A stretch of DNA of 64,000 nt, taken from positions 25,119-89,118 of the forward strand of contig CAZCYO010000001.1 of NCBI GenBank assembly GCA_964503265.1, given 5' to 3'. The stretch is from an uncultured Gammaproteobacteria bacterium (GTDB lineage: Bacteria; Patescibacteriota; Microgenomatia; Levybacterales; UBA12049). Position numbers and translations under genes: made by a program. The notes below the pieces were generated by a model that saw nothing but the letters and a program-made list of their open reading frames with translations, had not been told where the DNA came from and ran no database searches. How positions within the stretch are numbered: the first letter of the stretch is position 1; the number at the start of each line of letters is the position of its first letter. This document shows positions 36,717 to 46,526 of this stretch, in pieces.

Positions 36717-38648
36717 TTAGACAACCAGAAGTACAGCAAGTGGAAGTGATAGTAATAATACGAATAACGCTTCAGGATTTGTAACAATTGTTAGTAATTT
36801 TACTTCCATGAAGTGAATAAACTCACTGGGATGTTTTAATAAAGACATTTTATTTACTGGGTAAACAGCTGAGATACTATGTTTATCAATCGTAATAGTA
36901 TCTAGAGAATCAGGATTATTTACTGCAATTTCTACGATATATGTTTTTCCTTTAGAATCTAATATTTGTGGAAATCCGAACGGAAATATCTCGGCATCGT
37001 CAAAAAGTCGCATTTCATATGAAGAAGTAGCGATAACAGTATTCTTTGAGAGTTCTTTTAGCGAAAATAGTACAGATTGAGGAGTAGTCGCTGAATCTGG
37101 TTTTTTATGTTTTACCTGCATCGTAATAATACCGAGTTTGTTTTCAGTTGCAGTGAATTGAACTGTGAGAGAATTGTCTTTAGTCAGCGTAATGCTATTT
37201 TCTGTTATGAGTGGAGAACGTATATGGGTTGAATCTATAGGATCTGAGATGGAGAAAAAATTGAGCGTTGATTGGTACGTCATAAGAAGTGAAAAAATAT
37301 ATAGTAGAAGAATGGTACCGAGAATATACCGGGGATTTTTTATGAGTTTTCTCTCGACGACTGTTATTGGTGCCTTACTCTCATGACTCCGCGTAAAATA
37401 TGGTTTTTCTAGGAGATAAAATAATCCTGATGCGACGAGAGCATCTACTAAAAAGACAGAAAATAGATAGACGATGTTAGTTAGCGTATCTGTTGGAGTG
37501 TATATTTTCTCAAACACATGAATAATGATCGCGTGACTTAAATAAATTGAATAACTGATAGTTCCGATAAAAACGAGTGTTTTTTTACTCCCGATTTTTG
37601 CCAGAATAGAATCGTTATCCAGAAGAAGTGTGACTAAACCTGTTAATGGTATCGCAAATAGTAATCTAATCCATGGCCCCGCAAAAGACGGGAATATTAC
37701 CCCCACTGCATGTACAGAGGCGAGAGTTAGTAGGAAAACTACCAGAGGAAGAACATAAAATCTTCTCGTAAAAAAAGCCGAGAACGATGTAATTATTTCC
37801 GGACGATTTTTATATATAGTTCCAAGCGTTATACCTGTTACGAAATAGTAAAACAACTCAAGTTGTAATAGATGTAGTCCGAATATTCTCTGTGACAGTA
37901 TTTGGATTCCACCGAAAAATGGAAGCAATGAAAGCACAAAAGCAATTTGAACACTAGGTCTTTTCGTACTGATATATCTGGCAAGTGGGGAGAACAGAAA
38001 TGGATAGAGTATATAAAATAGAACTTCGGCGACAAGTGTCCAGTACACACCATCAATCATCGGAATATAGTCACCAAGTGGCAGCGTGAGTGTGGCGTTA
38101 ACTAGTCCTATTACTGCTTCATGAAGTGGGTAGGGAAACTGGCTAAAGAAAAGGGGAGGATGACGCATGATCCAAAGAAGATAATATGCTCCAGTAATTA
38201 CTTGGATAAAAAGAAATGAAATGAAGAGCATGTTCCCAGCACGTGGTGGAAGTTTTTTAATCACATACACCCACAAAATATGAGTAATTATCGCAAATAC
38301 TAAGATGATCGAAATAAAATAAAACCATGATGCATGAGGATTCAGCCGGTACATCATCATCACACTACACATTGTCAGAAAAAGTGGAAAAATCCTGGTG
38401 TAACGCTTTTGGAGAAACGCTAGTGGTGACGGGGGGTTCGGATACAAGTATGACATTAAAAACCCAGATAAAATAAATAGAAATGTCACACCAGTAACTC
38501 CGTCAGCAAATATCCAGCCGAAAAGATATGGTGAAAGATATGGAGATATGAATGCTGTGTTGATGTGATTTAAAAAGACGAGAATAATCGCAAATCCACG
38601 AAGTCCATCAAGAGCAGATAGTCGAGAACTCGTTTTATCTTTTTCCAT
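36717..38648 (-). CDS. acyltransferase-3 (OatA-like) membrane protein with extracytoplasmic C-domain
   Basis: LDGLRGFAIILVFLNHI signature, ~10 TM, ~250-aa C-terminal soluble domain. Confidence 0.8.
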   Translation of the reverse strand: MEKDKTSSRLSALDGLRGFAIILVFLNHINTAFISPYLSPYLFGWIFADGVTGVTFLFILSGFLMSYLYPNPPSPLAFLQKRYTRIFPLFLTMCSVMMMYRLNPHASWFYFISIILVFAIITHILWVYVIKKLPPRAGNMLFISFLFIQVITGAYYLLWIMRHPPLFFSQFPYPLHEAVIGLVNATLTLPLGDYIPMIDGVYWTLVAEVLFYILYPFLFSPLARYISTKRPSVQIAFVLSLLPFFGGIQILSQRIFGLHLLQLELFYYFVTGITLGTIYKNRPEIITSFSAFFTRRFYVLPLVVFLLTLASVHAVGVIFPSFAGPWIRLLFAIPLTGLVTLLLDNDSILAKIGSKKTLVFIGTISYSIYLSHAIIIHVFEKIYTPTDTLTNIVYLFSVFLVDALVASGLFYLLEKPYFTRSHESKAPITVVERKLIKNPRYILGTILLLYIFSLLMTYQSTLNFFSISDPIDSTHIRSPLITENSITLTKDNSLTVQFTATENKLGIITMQVKHKKPDSATTPQSVLFSLKELSKNTVIATSSYEMRLFDDAEIFPFGFPQILDSKGKTYIVEIAVNNPDSLDTITIDKHSISAVYPVNKMSLLKHPSEFIHFMEVKLLTIVTNPEALFVLLLSLPLAVLLVV

Positions 38649-38813
38649 GAGTTACTGCATTATAACAAGTAACTTAGTGGTTAGTTATATTAAGTAAAAA
38701 GCACCTTGGGGTGTGGTCGTATTCCCAAAAGGGCTTCTTACTTCTCATCCTGACGATGAGACGATTACCTCCTAAGAGTACGCACCTTACAGTGCTTGTG
38801 TTGTTGAACGGTG

Positions 38814-39371
38814 TTATGCAGGGCTTGGCACTTGGAAAAGCTGTCGTGTCTTTCGAACTGGTTCTTGCTTCTCCTTACGACGTTTGATACCTTGGTCGCG
38901 AACGACCAATTCTATTATGCCAGTGATGTTTTCATTCTCTGGCAGATCCTGGAAGAACACCCCTTTGTATAGTGTCCCGGTCCAATGTGGGACTGGCGTT
39001 GGGCACTCGCAGCGTGTGGTACTCTTGTACATCGGAAAGGTGATCTGGATGCCGTCAATCGTCAGCATTGCTGAGACTTCTGGCTTATCAGGCCTTGTGA
39101 TCGAACTAACGTTACTCACTACCGCCCCTCCTACTGCGTTCAAATGAACAGCGGTGAAGTGAGATCGATTGGCACCTTTGTAGGTAGAAATACTTCCGAG
39201 TGTCGATTTTAGGTAGCGGAAGGTGATCTGGTTGTTATCCACTTTCAGTTCCGCCGTCGGGAGCGAGCTATACCACACCATGAATTTTATGTAGTGATAT
39301 ATGCGCCTCCCAAGGAGAAATAGTAGTGCGTAAAGCAGTAGGTCGAAGAGATTGACGTGAAAGTCTCCCAT
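38814..39371 (-). CDS. hypothetical N-terminally anchored protein, G+C-rich
   Basis: 185 aa, one TM; G+C-rich relative to neighbours. Confidence 0.3.
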   Translation of the reverse strand: MGDFHVNLFDLLLYALLFLLGRRIYHYIKFMVWYSSLPTAELKVDNNQITFRYLKSTLGSISTYKGANRSHFTAVHLNAVGGAVVSNVSSITRPDKPEVSAMLTIDGIQITFPMYKSTTRCECPTPVPHWTGTLYKGVFFQDLPENENITGIIELVVRDQGIKRRKEKQEPVRKTRQLFQVPSPA

Positions 39372-39526
39372 GATGCTACCCCCTGTTATTGTGTTAAGGT
39401 ACGATGAGTTACATACTCACCATATTTGAAGTATATCAAATCCTATAGCAAAATTAAATAGGTGCGATCAAATAGGAGTATACGAAACTTAATGGGTAGA
39501 ATGAAGTTAAGCGAATAAGTCGATTT

Positions 39527-39892
39527 TTATTTTAACAGCGTTTCTTTTATTCGCAATTGTATTACATCTCTAAGAAGATGTAATGGGAGATCTTGGTTGT
39601 GTGGAAAATGGAGGGAACTTTTTGAACCGATATATGGGCTGGTTTCTTTTTTGAAATCTTCATTTCCTGCTGGTATGGGGTAGATTGCGATGTGTTTTTT
39701 CCATGCAGCAACATGAATGATGTACGTGCTGTTTACTCTAAAAGAAGGCATATTATAACTAATTACCTCCTGTGCTGTTGGGAGTTCTTCTCGAATCATA
39801 GCTCTGATTGTTTGAAGTCGTTCTTGAATATCTCTAGGGAACGTCTGTATATATTCGTCAACTGTTTTGAAATGGTTGTGGGAATCATTCAT
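39527..39892 (-). CDS. DUF1801 (YdhG-like) domain protein
   Basis: FKTVDEYIQTFPRDIQERLQTIRAMIREELP.A.E.ISYNMPSF. Confidence 0.7.
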   Translation of the reverse strand: MNDSHNHFKTVDEYIQTFPRDIQERLQTIRAMIREELPTAQEVISYNMPSFRVNSTYIIHVAAWKKHIAIYPIPAGNEDFKKETSPYIGSKSSLHFPHNQDLPLHLLRDVIQLRIKETLLK

Positions 39893-39937
39893 AATTTAAA
39901 AATATAGTGTTGTGTAAGCTAACAAAAATATGTTTGT

Positions 39938-40609
39938 CTATTTCGTAAATAGTTTTGTAAATTTAAATGATGAAATAACGTGCTTCATGACAGGGGAGTT
40001 CTCTATAGCATCATTCCCATTATTCTTATCAAGCGTTAGATCAAATACCCAGCCTTCATTCTCAATACTGACTGTATTTCCGAATAATATTCCAACTTTA
40101 CTGTCTATTGATACTTTTTTATAATTTCTGTCTTCTTCAACCTTTTTTGTTTTATTAAGATAGAGGGTATAAAAATTAGGATCTGTCTGAGCGTTGTAGA
40201 CTCTTAATGAGAAATAACCATTATTTAGATAAGAACACGTCCCACAAGGCAGTTCTCCTGGTGAAAATGCGACGAGAGAACCGCCGGTGTTATAAAACGA
40301 CGAGTAGTCCTGTGCATGCCAACCAGCTGGAAAATCAAAACTTATAAAATAGGTATTATTTTCATACGGAGTCCACGCGGTTACTTCCTGATCGAACGTA
40401 TTGGCTGTTTGCGTCTCAGACTGTGATATGTTTTGGGTAAATGGGTTTTGAATATAGAGCAGGACCAACACGATGATGAAGGTCATTATTAGTAGTAGCG
40501 ACGCAATTACGATATAGTTAACGATTATCGATAAATGCCCACGCTGGAGGGATTTTCTGAGCATATAGGTGATTATATACCATTTTGGTATACTCCATCC
40601 ATGCACCAA
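39938..40609 (-). CDS. membrane-anchored extracytoplasmic protein, unknown
   Basis: N-terminal TM then Asn/Tyr-rich beta-like domain; likely start at MLRKSL. Confidence 0.3.
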   Translation of the reverse strand: MVHGWSIPKWYIITYMLRKSLQRGHLSIIVNYIVIASLLLIMTFIIVLVLLYIQNPFTQNISQSETQTANTFDQEVTAWTPYENNTYFISFDFPAGWHAQDYSSFYNTGGSLVAFSPGELPCGTCSYLNNGYFSLRVYNAQTDPNFYTLYLNKTKKVEEDRNYKKVSIDSKVGILFGNTVSIENEGWVFDLTLDKNNGNDAIENSPVMKHVISSFKFTKLFTK

Positions 40610-41644
40610 ACGTTTATTAACCTCCCAGAGCCACTTGAAAAAGCGATAGAGAAGGTGTTACAGGAGGATCGTACATTGCTATCAGCATCTGCTCAGTCAA
40701 TTCATACTCGGTATATGTCACGAGAAAAAAGTAAGAATGGCGAGTATCTAAATAGTTTTTCTGATGCGTTAGCATATCTAGCATTACGATTTCCTGCAAC
40801 ATATGCACAAATCTCAGCGTCACTTATCCAAGTCCAGGAATCTCTTGCGTCATGGCAGCCAGTAACTGTCTTGGATATTGGATCTGGACCGGGTACTGGT
40901 GTTTTCTCAGCGCATGAACTATGGCCCTCTATCGAATCTGCGACGTGTATTGATGTAAATAATGATCTAAAAAACCTGGGTGAAAAGATAATGGGTGATA
41001 CGCAGTTCCCAGTAAAAACCCTGTGGAAGAGCCGGGATGTAACAAATGGTATTGGAGAAGAAACAATCTACGATCTAGTGATTCTTTCAAATGTGCTGAA
41101 TGAATTAGATAAAGACGAGGCAGAACAGTTAGTAGCAGATGCATATAAGCTCTGCCGTGGCGTTCTTGTGATTATTGAACCAGGAACTGGTTTTGGGCAT
41201 ACACTGATTCAACATATTGCTAAAGACGTGTTGCCTGGACAATTGTTAGCACCATTTGTTGCTAACTCATTTGTTTTGACTAAAGACTACTGGGTTCATT
41301 TTTCTCAGCGATTTATTCGACCAGACTTTCAGCGTACACTTCGTCAGGAAATGCGCGATAGTCTTCATATGGCATCTGACTGGGAAGAAGCGAAGTATTG
41401 TTATGTGGCGATGAGTAAGCTTCCTGCCGAAGACACATTCTGGGGAAGAAGTATCGGTGCTGTGGATAAACAAAAAGGTTTTTTAATTCTTCCTGTACTT
41501 ACATCAGATGCACTCATCCAAGTAAAAGTAATGAAACGACATAAAGCGCAGTATAATTTCGCGAAAGAGCTTAAATGGGGAGAGCCAATTCCACGTAAAG
41601 AAGATATCATCAGTGATGATAAATCTATCCTCAAAACACTCTAA
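40601..41644 (+). CDS. Rsm22-like SAM-dependent methyltransferase
   Basis: VLDIGSGPGTG SAM motif I; N-terminal ALAYLALRFPATYAQ typical of Rsm22/COG5459; start at MHQTFINLPE. Confidence 0.55.
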   Translation: MHQTFINLPEPLEKAIEKVLQEDRTLLSASAQSIHTRYMSREKSKNGEYLNSFSDALAYLALRFPATYAQISASLIQVQESLASWQPVTVLDIGSGPGTGVFSAHELWPSIESATCIDVNNDLKNLGEKIMGDTQFPVKTLWKSRDVTNGIGEETIYDLVILSNVLNELDKDEAEQLVADAYKLCRGVLVIIEPGTGFGHTLIQHIAKDVLPGQLLAPFVANSFVLTKDYWVHFSQRFIRPDFQRTLRQEMRDSLHMASDWEEAKYCYVAMSKLPAEDTFWGRSIGAVDKQKGFLILPVLTSDALIQVKVMKRHKAQYNFAKELKWGEPIPRKEDIISDDKSILKTL

Positions 41645-41652
41645 TTGCTACA

Positions 41653-41689
41653 AAAAAAGCCCATTTTTCAATGAGCTTTTTTCTGACGT
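41653..41689. terminator. bidirectional terminator
   Basis: aaaaaaagcccatttttcaatgagctttttt between convergent 40601..41644(+) and csp(-). Confidence 0.5.
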
Positions 41690-41699
41690 AAAGATATCG

Positions 41700-41900
41700 T
41701 TATTTAACAACACTTACATTCTTAGCACTTTTACCTTTTTCAGTGTCAACCACTTCAAATGTAACTTGTGTACCAGGCTGTAGTTCGTCAAATGTAATAC
41801 CCTTTAAATCATTAGAATGAAAAAATAGATCCTTTTCTTCGTTTTCACGACTAATGAATCCAAATCCTTTATCTGTTTTTGTTTTAATTACTCCGTTCAT
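41700..41900 (-). CDS. cold-shock protein (CspA family)
   Basis: MNGVIKTKTDKGFGFISRENEEKDLFFHSNDL RNP motifs; AGGAG SD; ~150-nt leader. Confidence 0.9.
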   Translation of the reverse strand: MNGVIKTKTDKGFGFISRENEEKDLFFHSNDLKGITFDELQPGTQVTFEVVDTEKGKSAKNVSVVK

Positions 41901-42049
41901 AAATTTATATCTCCTTTCCGTAGTTGTATTGTAGCAGAAAATGAGAAATACTGTGTGGAATGCTCCTCGCATTGGTAGTAGATCAATCGTAACTGAGGTA
42001 ACTAGTGTCCATTTCTCAGTCTTTCTTTGATACTATATAATCGTTTTAT

Positions 42050-42504
42050 ATGGAACCATCACTAGACGAAACGTTTATGCTTCAAGCTATTGAAGAAGCA
42101 AAGAAAGGAAAATCAAAAGGAGATTTACCATTTGGAGCGATAGTTGTACATAATGGTGAAGTTGTAGGAAGAGGAAGAGCTGAGAATGGAACAATAGGTG
42201 ACGTTACTGATCACGCAGAATTAATGGCACTGAGGGAAGCATGTAGAACACTTAAGCGAAACAATCTTAACGATGCACTATATATGGCACGAATGAACCA
42301 TGTTCTATGTGTGCTGCTGGGATTTTTCAAGCAAAAATTGCAGATGTACGGTTTGGTTTATCACGAAGTGATCTTTCTTTTTTACGTCCACGTAAACTTA
42401 GTATAAATGACTTAGCTGAAGATTCAGGATATGAAATAAAAATTACCCGAGGTTTGCTTAAAGATAACGTGCTTGAGCTATTTAAAGATATAAAGAAACA
42501 TTAA
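42050..42504 (+). pseudogene. tadA: TadA-like tRNA adenosine deaminase, apparently frameshifted
   Basis: Frame 1 carries HAELMALREA (H-A-E zinc motif); PCxxC motif (TNEPCSMCAAGI) is in another frame from ~42286; consistent with 1-nt loss near ctatatatgg (42278-42287). Confidence 0.55.
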
Positions 42505-42516
42505 TCTTCTGCTATG

Positions 42517-42589
42517 TGACCCCACGGGAATTCGAATCCCGGTTCTCAGAATGAGAATCTGATGTCCTAGGCCACTAGACGATGGGGCC
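42517..42589 (-). tRNA. tRNA-Glu (anticodon CUC)
   Basis: Hand-folded cloverleaf: acceptor GGCCCCA/TGGGGTC, D-arm GTCT..GGAC, anticodon stem TCAGA/TCTGA loop TTCTCAT, T-arm CGGGA-TTCGAAT-TCCCG, discriminator A, no encoded CCA. Confidence 0.7.
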
Positions 42590-42722
42590 GTGGCTAAGGT
42601 ATTTTACCGTAAACACAACTTCAAAACAAGAGATAGTCCTATAGTTGAATTCCTTTCTTATTTTTGCTATATTCCGTTTACGCACATTGAAATCTGTCGT
42701 TAACTGAAGGAGGGGTCAACTC

Positions 42723-43544
42723 ATGTTACTCGACCTGTATCGCAGGCTCATCTGGGGACATCGTCTTAAGTGGCCTAGGCGGTTAACACTCATTCGGCAT
42801 GCACGATCGGCATTTAACGATCTTCGTCCATTAAAAGAACTAGATTCACTCTATCACGAGTTCAAGGCAGCATTCGAAGTCGATCCAGGTGCTCCTACTA
42901 CGCAAGAACTTGCCCGGCAAGTATTAGCGAAGTATTCCCTTGGTGTTGGGGACTATAATACCCCAATTGCTAAGGGAGCAGCAGCTGACGCGGTATTAAC
43001 CGGACAGCGACTTCGTTCGATGCGTCGGAGTGTGCCTGATGTTATCTTCGTCAGCCCGTATCACCGGACTCATGGAACATTACAAGCGTTGATCGAAGGA
43101 TGGCCTGAGCTCGGAAAAGTTGAGGTCATCGAAGATGAGCGCCTCCGCGAACAGGAACACGGGCTTATGCTCCCTTATAACGATTGGAGGACGTTCTATT
43201 CTCTCCATCCTGACCAATGGAAGTTGCGCCAGCTAGAGGAACAGTACTGGTATCGTTTTCCACAAGGGGAGAATATCCCTGACGTGAGGGAACGGAATCG
43301 GTCTTGGATCACTATGCTTGTTCGGGAGTTCTCCCGTGCTGATGTACTTGCTGTGACTCATCATCTCACCATTCTTGCCACTCGGGCAAATCTTGAACGG
43401 CTTGATTCGCAGGGTTTCCTCCGGCTTGATCGGGAAGAAAAACCGATCAACTGTGGGGTTACCACCTACGTTGGTATTCCTGGGGTTGGCCGTCGTCGTG
43501 AAGGAAAGATTAAGCTTCTATCCTACAACGAGCGGCTTTTTTAA
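42723..43544 (+). CDS. histidine phosphatase superfamily (phosphoglycerate-mutase-like) protein
   Basis: LTLIRHARSAFN (RHG-type motif); GGAGGGG SD; G+C-rich. Confidence 0.55.
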   Translation: MLLDLYRRLIWGHRLKWPRRLTLIRHARSAFNDLRPLKELDSLYHEFKAAFEVDPGAPTTQELARQVLAKYSLGVGDYNTPIAKGAAADAVLTGQRLRSMRRSVPDVIFVSPYHRTHGTLQALIEGWPELGKVEVIEDERLREQEHGLMLPYNDWRTFYSLHPDQWKLRQLEEQYWYRFPQGENIPDVRERNRSWITMLVREFSRADVLAVTHHLTILATRANLERLDSQGFLRLDREEKPINCGVTTYVGIPGVGRRREGKIKLLSYNERLF

Positions 43545-43745
43545 ACGACAGATCTGTGTGAAGCACTGACTTCCCTATATAGGTGAGAGGAGGACGATGC
43601 GTTCATTCTCGTGACTAACCCTGATTTGATCGGGGCTAATGCGTCACCGAGAAAAGCACTTCCTGACTTCATCTCGGTCAGTGCTTTTTTCGTTTTAAAA
43701 TCCTTATCGCCCGATGCTCTGCAGTAGCATCAGGGATAAAGAATA

Positions 43746-44093
43746 TTACTTAACCCTACTCAATGCTTCATCAGCATTTCCATAGAGTTCGACAGCGATA
43801 GTCCGAAAACTATGTGGGCCGAGTCGATCAAACGATGTGAGTCGTCCAAATCCTAGTGTGTCTTCGCCTCTATTTACTGGCTGAACACCTGTGAGAAGTC
43901 CCGCTCCGAGTTGTTGAATCTCTTCTGGCGTCAAGTTTCCACTTTCTGGCGCGACAAGAATTCTCGTATCAGTATACGAGAGCCCTTTTCGTTCATTGAC
44001 TCGTGGTGAGCTTGTTTCGACCACAGTAAGTCCTGGCTGTTCGCTGAGCGATCGTGTAATTTCTGCGTATCTACTTCCATTTTCAATTGACAT
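43746..44093 (-). CDS. hypothetical protein, G+C-rich
   Basis: 115 aa, GAGGTG SD upstream of ATG 44093. Confidence 0.4.
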   Translation of the reverse strand: MSIENGSRYAEITRSLSEQPGLTVVETSSPRVNERKGLSYTDTRILVAPESGNLTPEEIQQLGAGLLTGVQPVNRGEDTLGFGRLTSFDRLGPHSFRTIAVELYGNADEALSRVK

Positions 44094-44142
44094 ATTTTAT
44101 TCACCTCTCATTCCTAGATTAATTATCTACAATAGTATGTGA

Positions 44143-44360
44143 TGCCGCATTTCTAAAAGAAATGTGGCGCCTCTCTTCGTTCGTATGCCCTGGAATCGTT
44201 ATGATTCCAGGATCTTCGGCTTGTTTAAGCCTCGAGATCTTCGTTCGCCAGCTGGCGAACTACGACCTCCCGCTATTTAAAATTGTATGTGTTGCCACAT
44301 TTCGACATTTTTCCCACAAAAAAACCTCCATCTACAGTAGACGGAGGTCAGTGTTTTTTT
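44143..44360 (+). ncRNA. candidate cis-regulatory leader / small RNA with alternative helices and intrinsic terminator
   Basis: aaatgtggc (44159-67) can pair with gccgcatttct (44143-53) or gccacattt (44292-300); internal hairpins cctggaatc/gattccagg, ggctt/aagcc, cgttcgccag/ctggcgaac; terminator cctccatctacagtagacggagg + T7 (44324-44360). Confidence 0.35.
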
Positions 44361-44540
44361 CTTATTACAGAAATCCCTCGTCTACTTTAGACGGAGGAAC
44401 AGCAAATAGAAAAAGAAAAATGTCGATTCATGAAATATATCCTAGCATATAGATTTATTTAAATGCAAGGGTATTGTAATAGATCTTTTGAAGCTAGAGA
44501 ATCATTGCTGAGGCATTTCTGATAGTGTATAATTTTCCTC

Positions 44541-45299
44541 ATGAGTGCCCACATATCCCTCTCAGTAATTATTCCTTGTTTTGAAGAAATGGCTAATCTC
44601 CAAAAGGGCGTACTTGATAAAGTAAATAACTATCTTGCACGTAAAAAATTCGATTATGAAGTCATTATTGTGGATGATGGTTCACATGATGGAAGTGTGG
44701 ATTTTGTTGAAGAATTTATTACTGACAACCCCAAATTTAGACTCATTAAAAACTCTCATACTGGTAAGGCTGGGGCAGTCACAGCTGGCATGCTTACTGC
44801 TAAACATGAGTTATCGCTCTTTACAGATATGGATCAGGCAACTCCTATTGAAGAACTCGAAAAATTACTTCCGTATTTTGATGAAGGATATGATGTGGTG
44901 ATCGGATCACGTGCAAATACTCGAAAAGGTTCTCCACTGATTCGTCAATTTATTTCTCGTGCGAATATGGTTCTCCGGAAAGCCATTGTCGGAGTGAGAG
45001 ATATCTCAGATACTCAGTGTGGGTTTAAAATGTTTCGTACATCAGTCGCAAAAGATCTTTTTAGTAAAGTAAGTACCATTCATAATGGATTTAAGCATAT
45101 AAATGGATCGAGTGTCTCAAGTGGCTTTGATGTCGAGTTACTTTATATCGCTGAAAAAATGGGAAATAACATAAAAGAAGTTCCAGTACGATGGCTTTAT
45201 GTTGAGACGAGACGGGTTAATCCAGTGAAAGATTCGATTGACGGAGTGAATGAATTATTAAAAATTAAAAAAAATGCGCTTTCTGGGAAATATGATTGA
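44541..45299 (+). CDS. GT2 glycosyltransferase (polyprenyl-phosphate sugar synthase, DPM1/ArnC-like)
   Basis: LSVIIPCFEE...VIIVDDGSHDGS, DxD (TDMDQ), QCGFK. Confidence 0.85.
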   Translation: MSAHISLSVIIPCFEEMANLQKGVLDKVNNYLARKKFDYEVIIVDDGSHDGSVDFVEEFITDNPKFRLIKNSHTGKAGAVTAGMLTAKHELSLFTDMDQATPIEELEKLLPYFDEGYDVVIGSRANTRKGSPLIRQFISRANMVLRKAIVGVRDISDTQCGFKMFRTSVAKDLFSKVSTIHNGFKHINGSSVSSGFDVELLYIAEKMGNNIKEVPVRWLYVETRRVNPVKDSIDGVNELLKIKKNALSGKYD

Positions 45300-45341
45300 A
45301 CTTGCGTATGGCATAGAGCAAATGGCGTATAGTTATAATAC

Positions 45342-46526
45342 ATGATTTTTTTAAAACAGTTATCTAAAACAGAAAAAATAGTCCTTGGGTTTTATATCAT
45401 CGCTTCTGTACTTCTTCTTCTTTATTCTTTCACGCAAATAGATTTAGGACTTGTTATATCGCGGTTTCCCTTTCTTTATGCTTTTGAGAAAGCATTTCAG
45501 AATATCGGATACTTTAATCGTCCACTTTCGACGCTTCTTTTTATTCTATTAATACTTCTTTTCTCAGGGATGTATCTTAATGTCGTTGGATCAATTAAAC
45601 ATATTTCGCGAAAAGCGATCTGGATGATTGTTCTCTCAGTTTCGGTTATTCTTTTTCTATCGTATAACGCTTTCTCTTATGACTTATTTAACTATATTTT
45701 TGATGCAAAAATTCTGACACAGTATCATGCAAATCCATATCTCCACAAAGCGTTAGATTATCCAGCTGACCCGATGCTTTCGTTTATGCACTGGACACAC
45801 AGAGTATATCCGTATGGGCCAGTATGGCTTGCTGTCACTGTACCCTTATCATACTTAGGAATGGGACTATTTCTCCCGACGTTTTATCTATTCAAATTAC
45901 TTATGCTCGCATCATATGTAGGAACGACGTATGTTATTGGAAAAATTCTTCGAACTATTTCGCCAGAATCTGAAACAGCTGGTTTGGTAATATTCGCGCT
46001 CAACCCTTTGGTTATTTTTGAAACGCTTATCTCAGCACATAACGATATCTTTATGATGTTTCTCATGGTATTGTCGCTTTATTTACTTCTTAAAAAGAAC
46101 ATGATATGGAGTGTTTTTATCACTGTTCTTTCAATTGCTACGAAATTTGCGACACTATTTTTGTTACCGATGTATGTTTTATTATTCTTAAAGCGAAAAA
46201 ATATAACTGAGAAATACTGGAATACGATGATGATTTTGGGAGTAGCATTGATGTTTCTGGCGGTACTAGTCGTATCTTACCGATCTAATTTCCAACCATG
46301 GTATCTTCTCTATGTTTTGCCTTTTATCTCTCTCATAACGAAAAACAAATCATGTATCTATCCGTCATTTTTTCTCTCAATTATCGCACTTGGAAATTAT
46401 CTGCCATATTTATATATGGGAACATGGACTGATCCAGTGATGCAGTATTTGTTTTGGGTAAATAGTATTTGTGGATTAATCAGTGTTATTTGGTTTTCAA
46501 TACTTGTTACAAAGAACTCTAACTAA
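45342..46526 (+). CDS. polytopic membrane protein, GT-C-like (DUF2029/GT87-like?)
   Basis: ~11 TM with extracytoplasmic loop motif after TM1. Confidence 0.4.
   Translation: MIFLKQLSKTEKIVLGFYIIASVLLLLYSFTQIDLGLVISRFPFLYAFEKAFQNIGYFNRPLSTLLFILLILLFSGMYLNVVGSIKHISRKAIWMIVLSVSVILFLSYNAFSYDLFNYIFDAKILTQYHANPYLHKALDYPADPMLSFMHWTHRVYPYGPVWLAVTVPLSYLGMGLFLPTFYLFKLLMLASYVGTTYVIGKILRTISPESETAGLVIFALNPLVIFETLISAHNDIFMMFLMVLSLYLLLKKNMIWSVFITVLSIATKFATLFLLPMYVLLFLKRKNITEKYWNTMMILGVALMFLAVLVVSYRSNFQPWYLLYVLPFISLITKNKSCIYPSFFLSIIALGNYLPYLYMGTWTDPVMQYLFWVNSICGLISVIWFSILVTKNSN

Noticed and set aside
42590-44160. Integrase/transposase near tRNA
   Set aside because: No ORF with recombinase-like motifs found; the patch carries only a phosphatase and a hypothetical gene
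44162-44452. 96-aa + ORF
   Set aside because: Region is densely packed with stable hairpins and a terminator; read as non-coding RNA rather than protein
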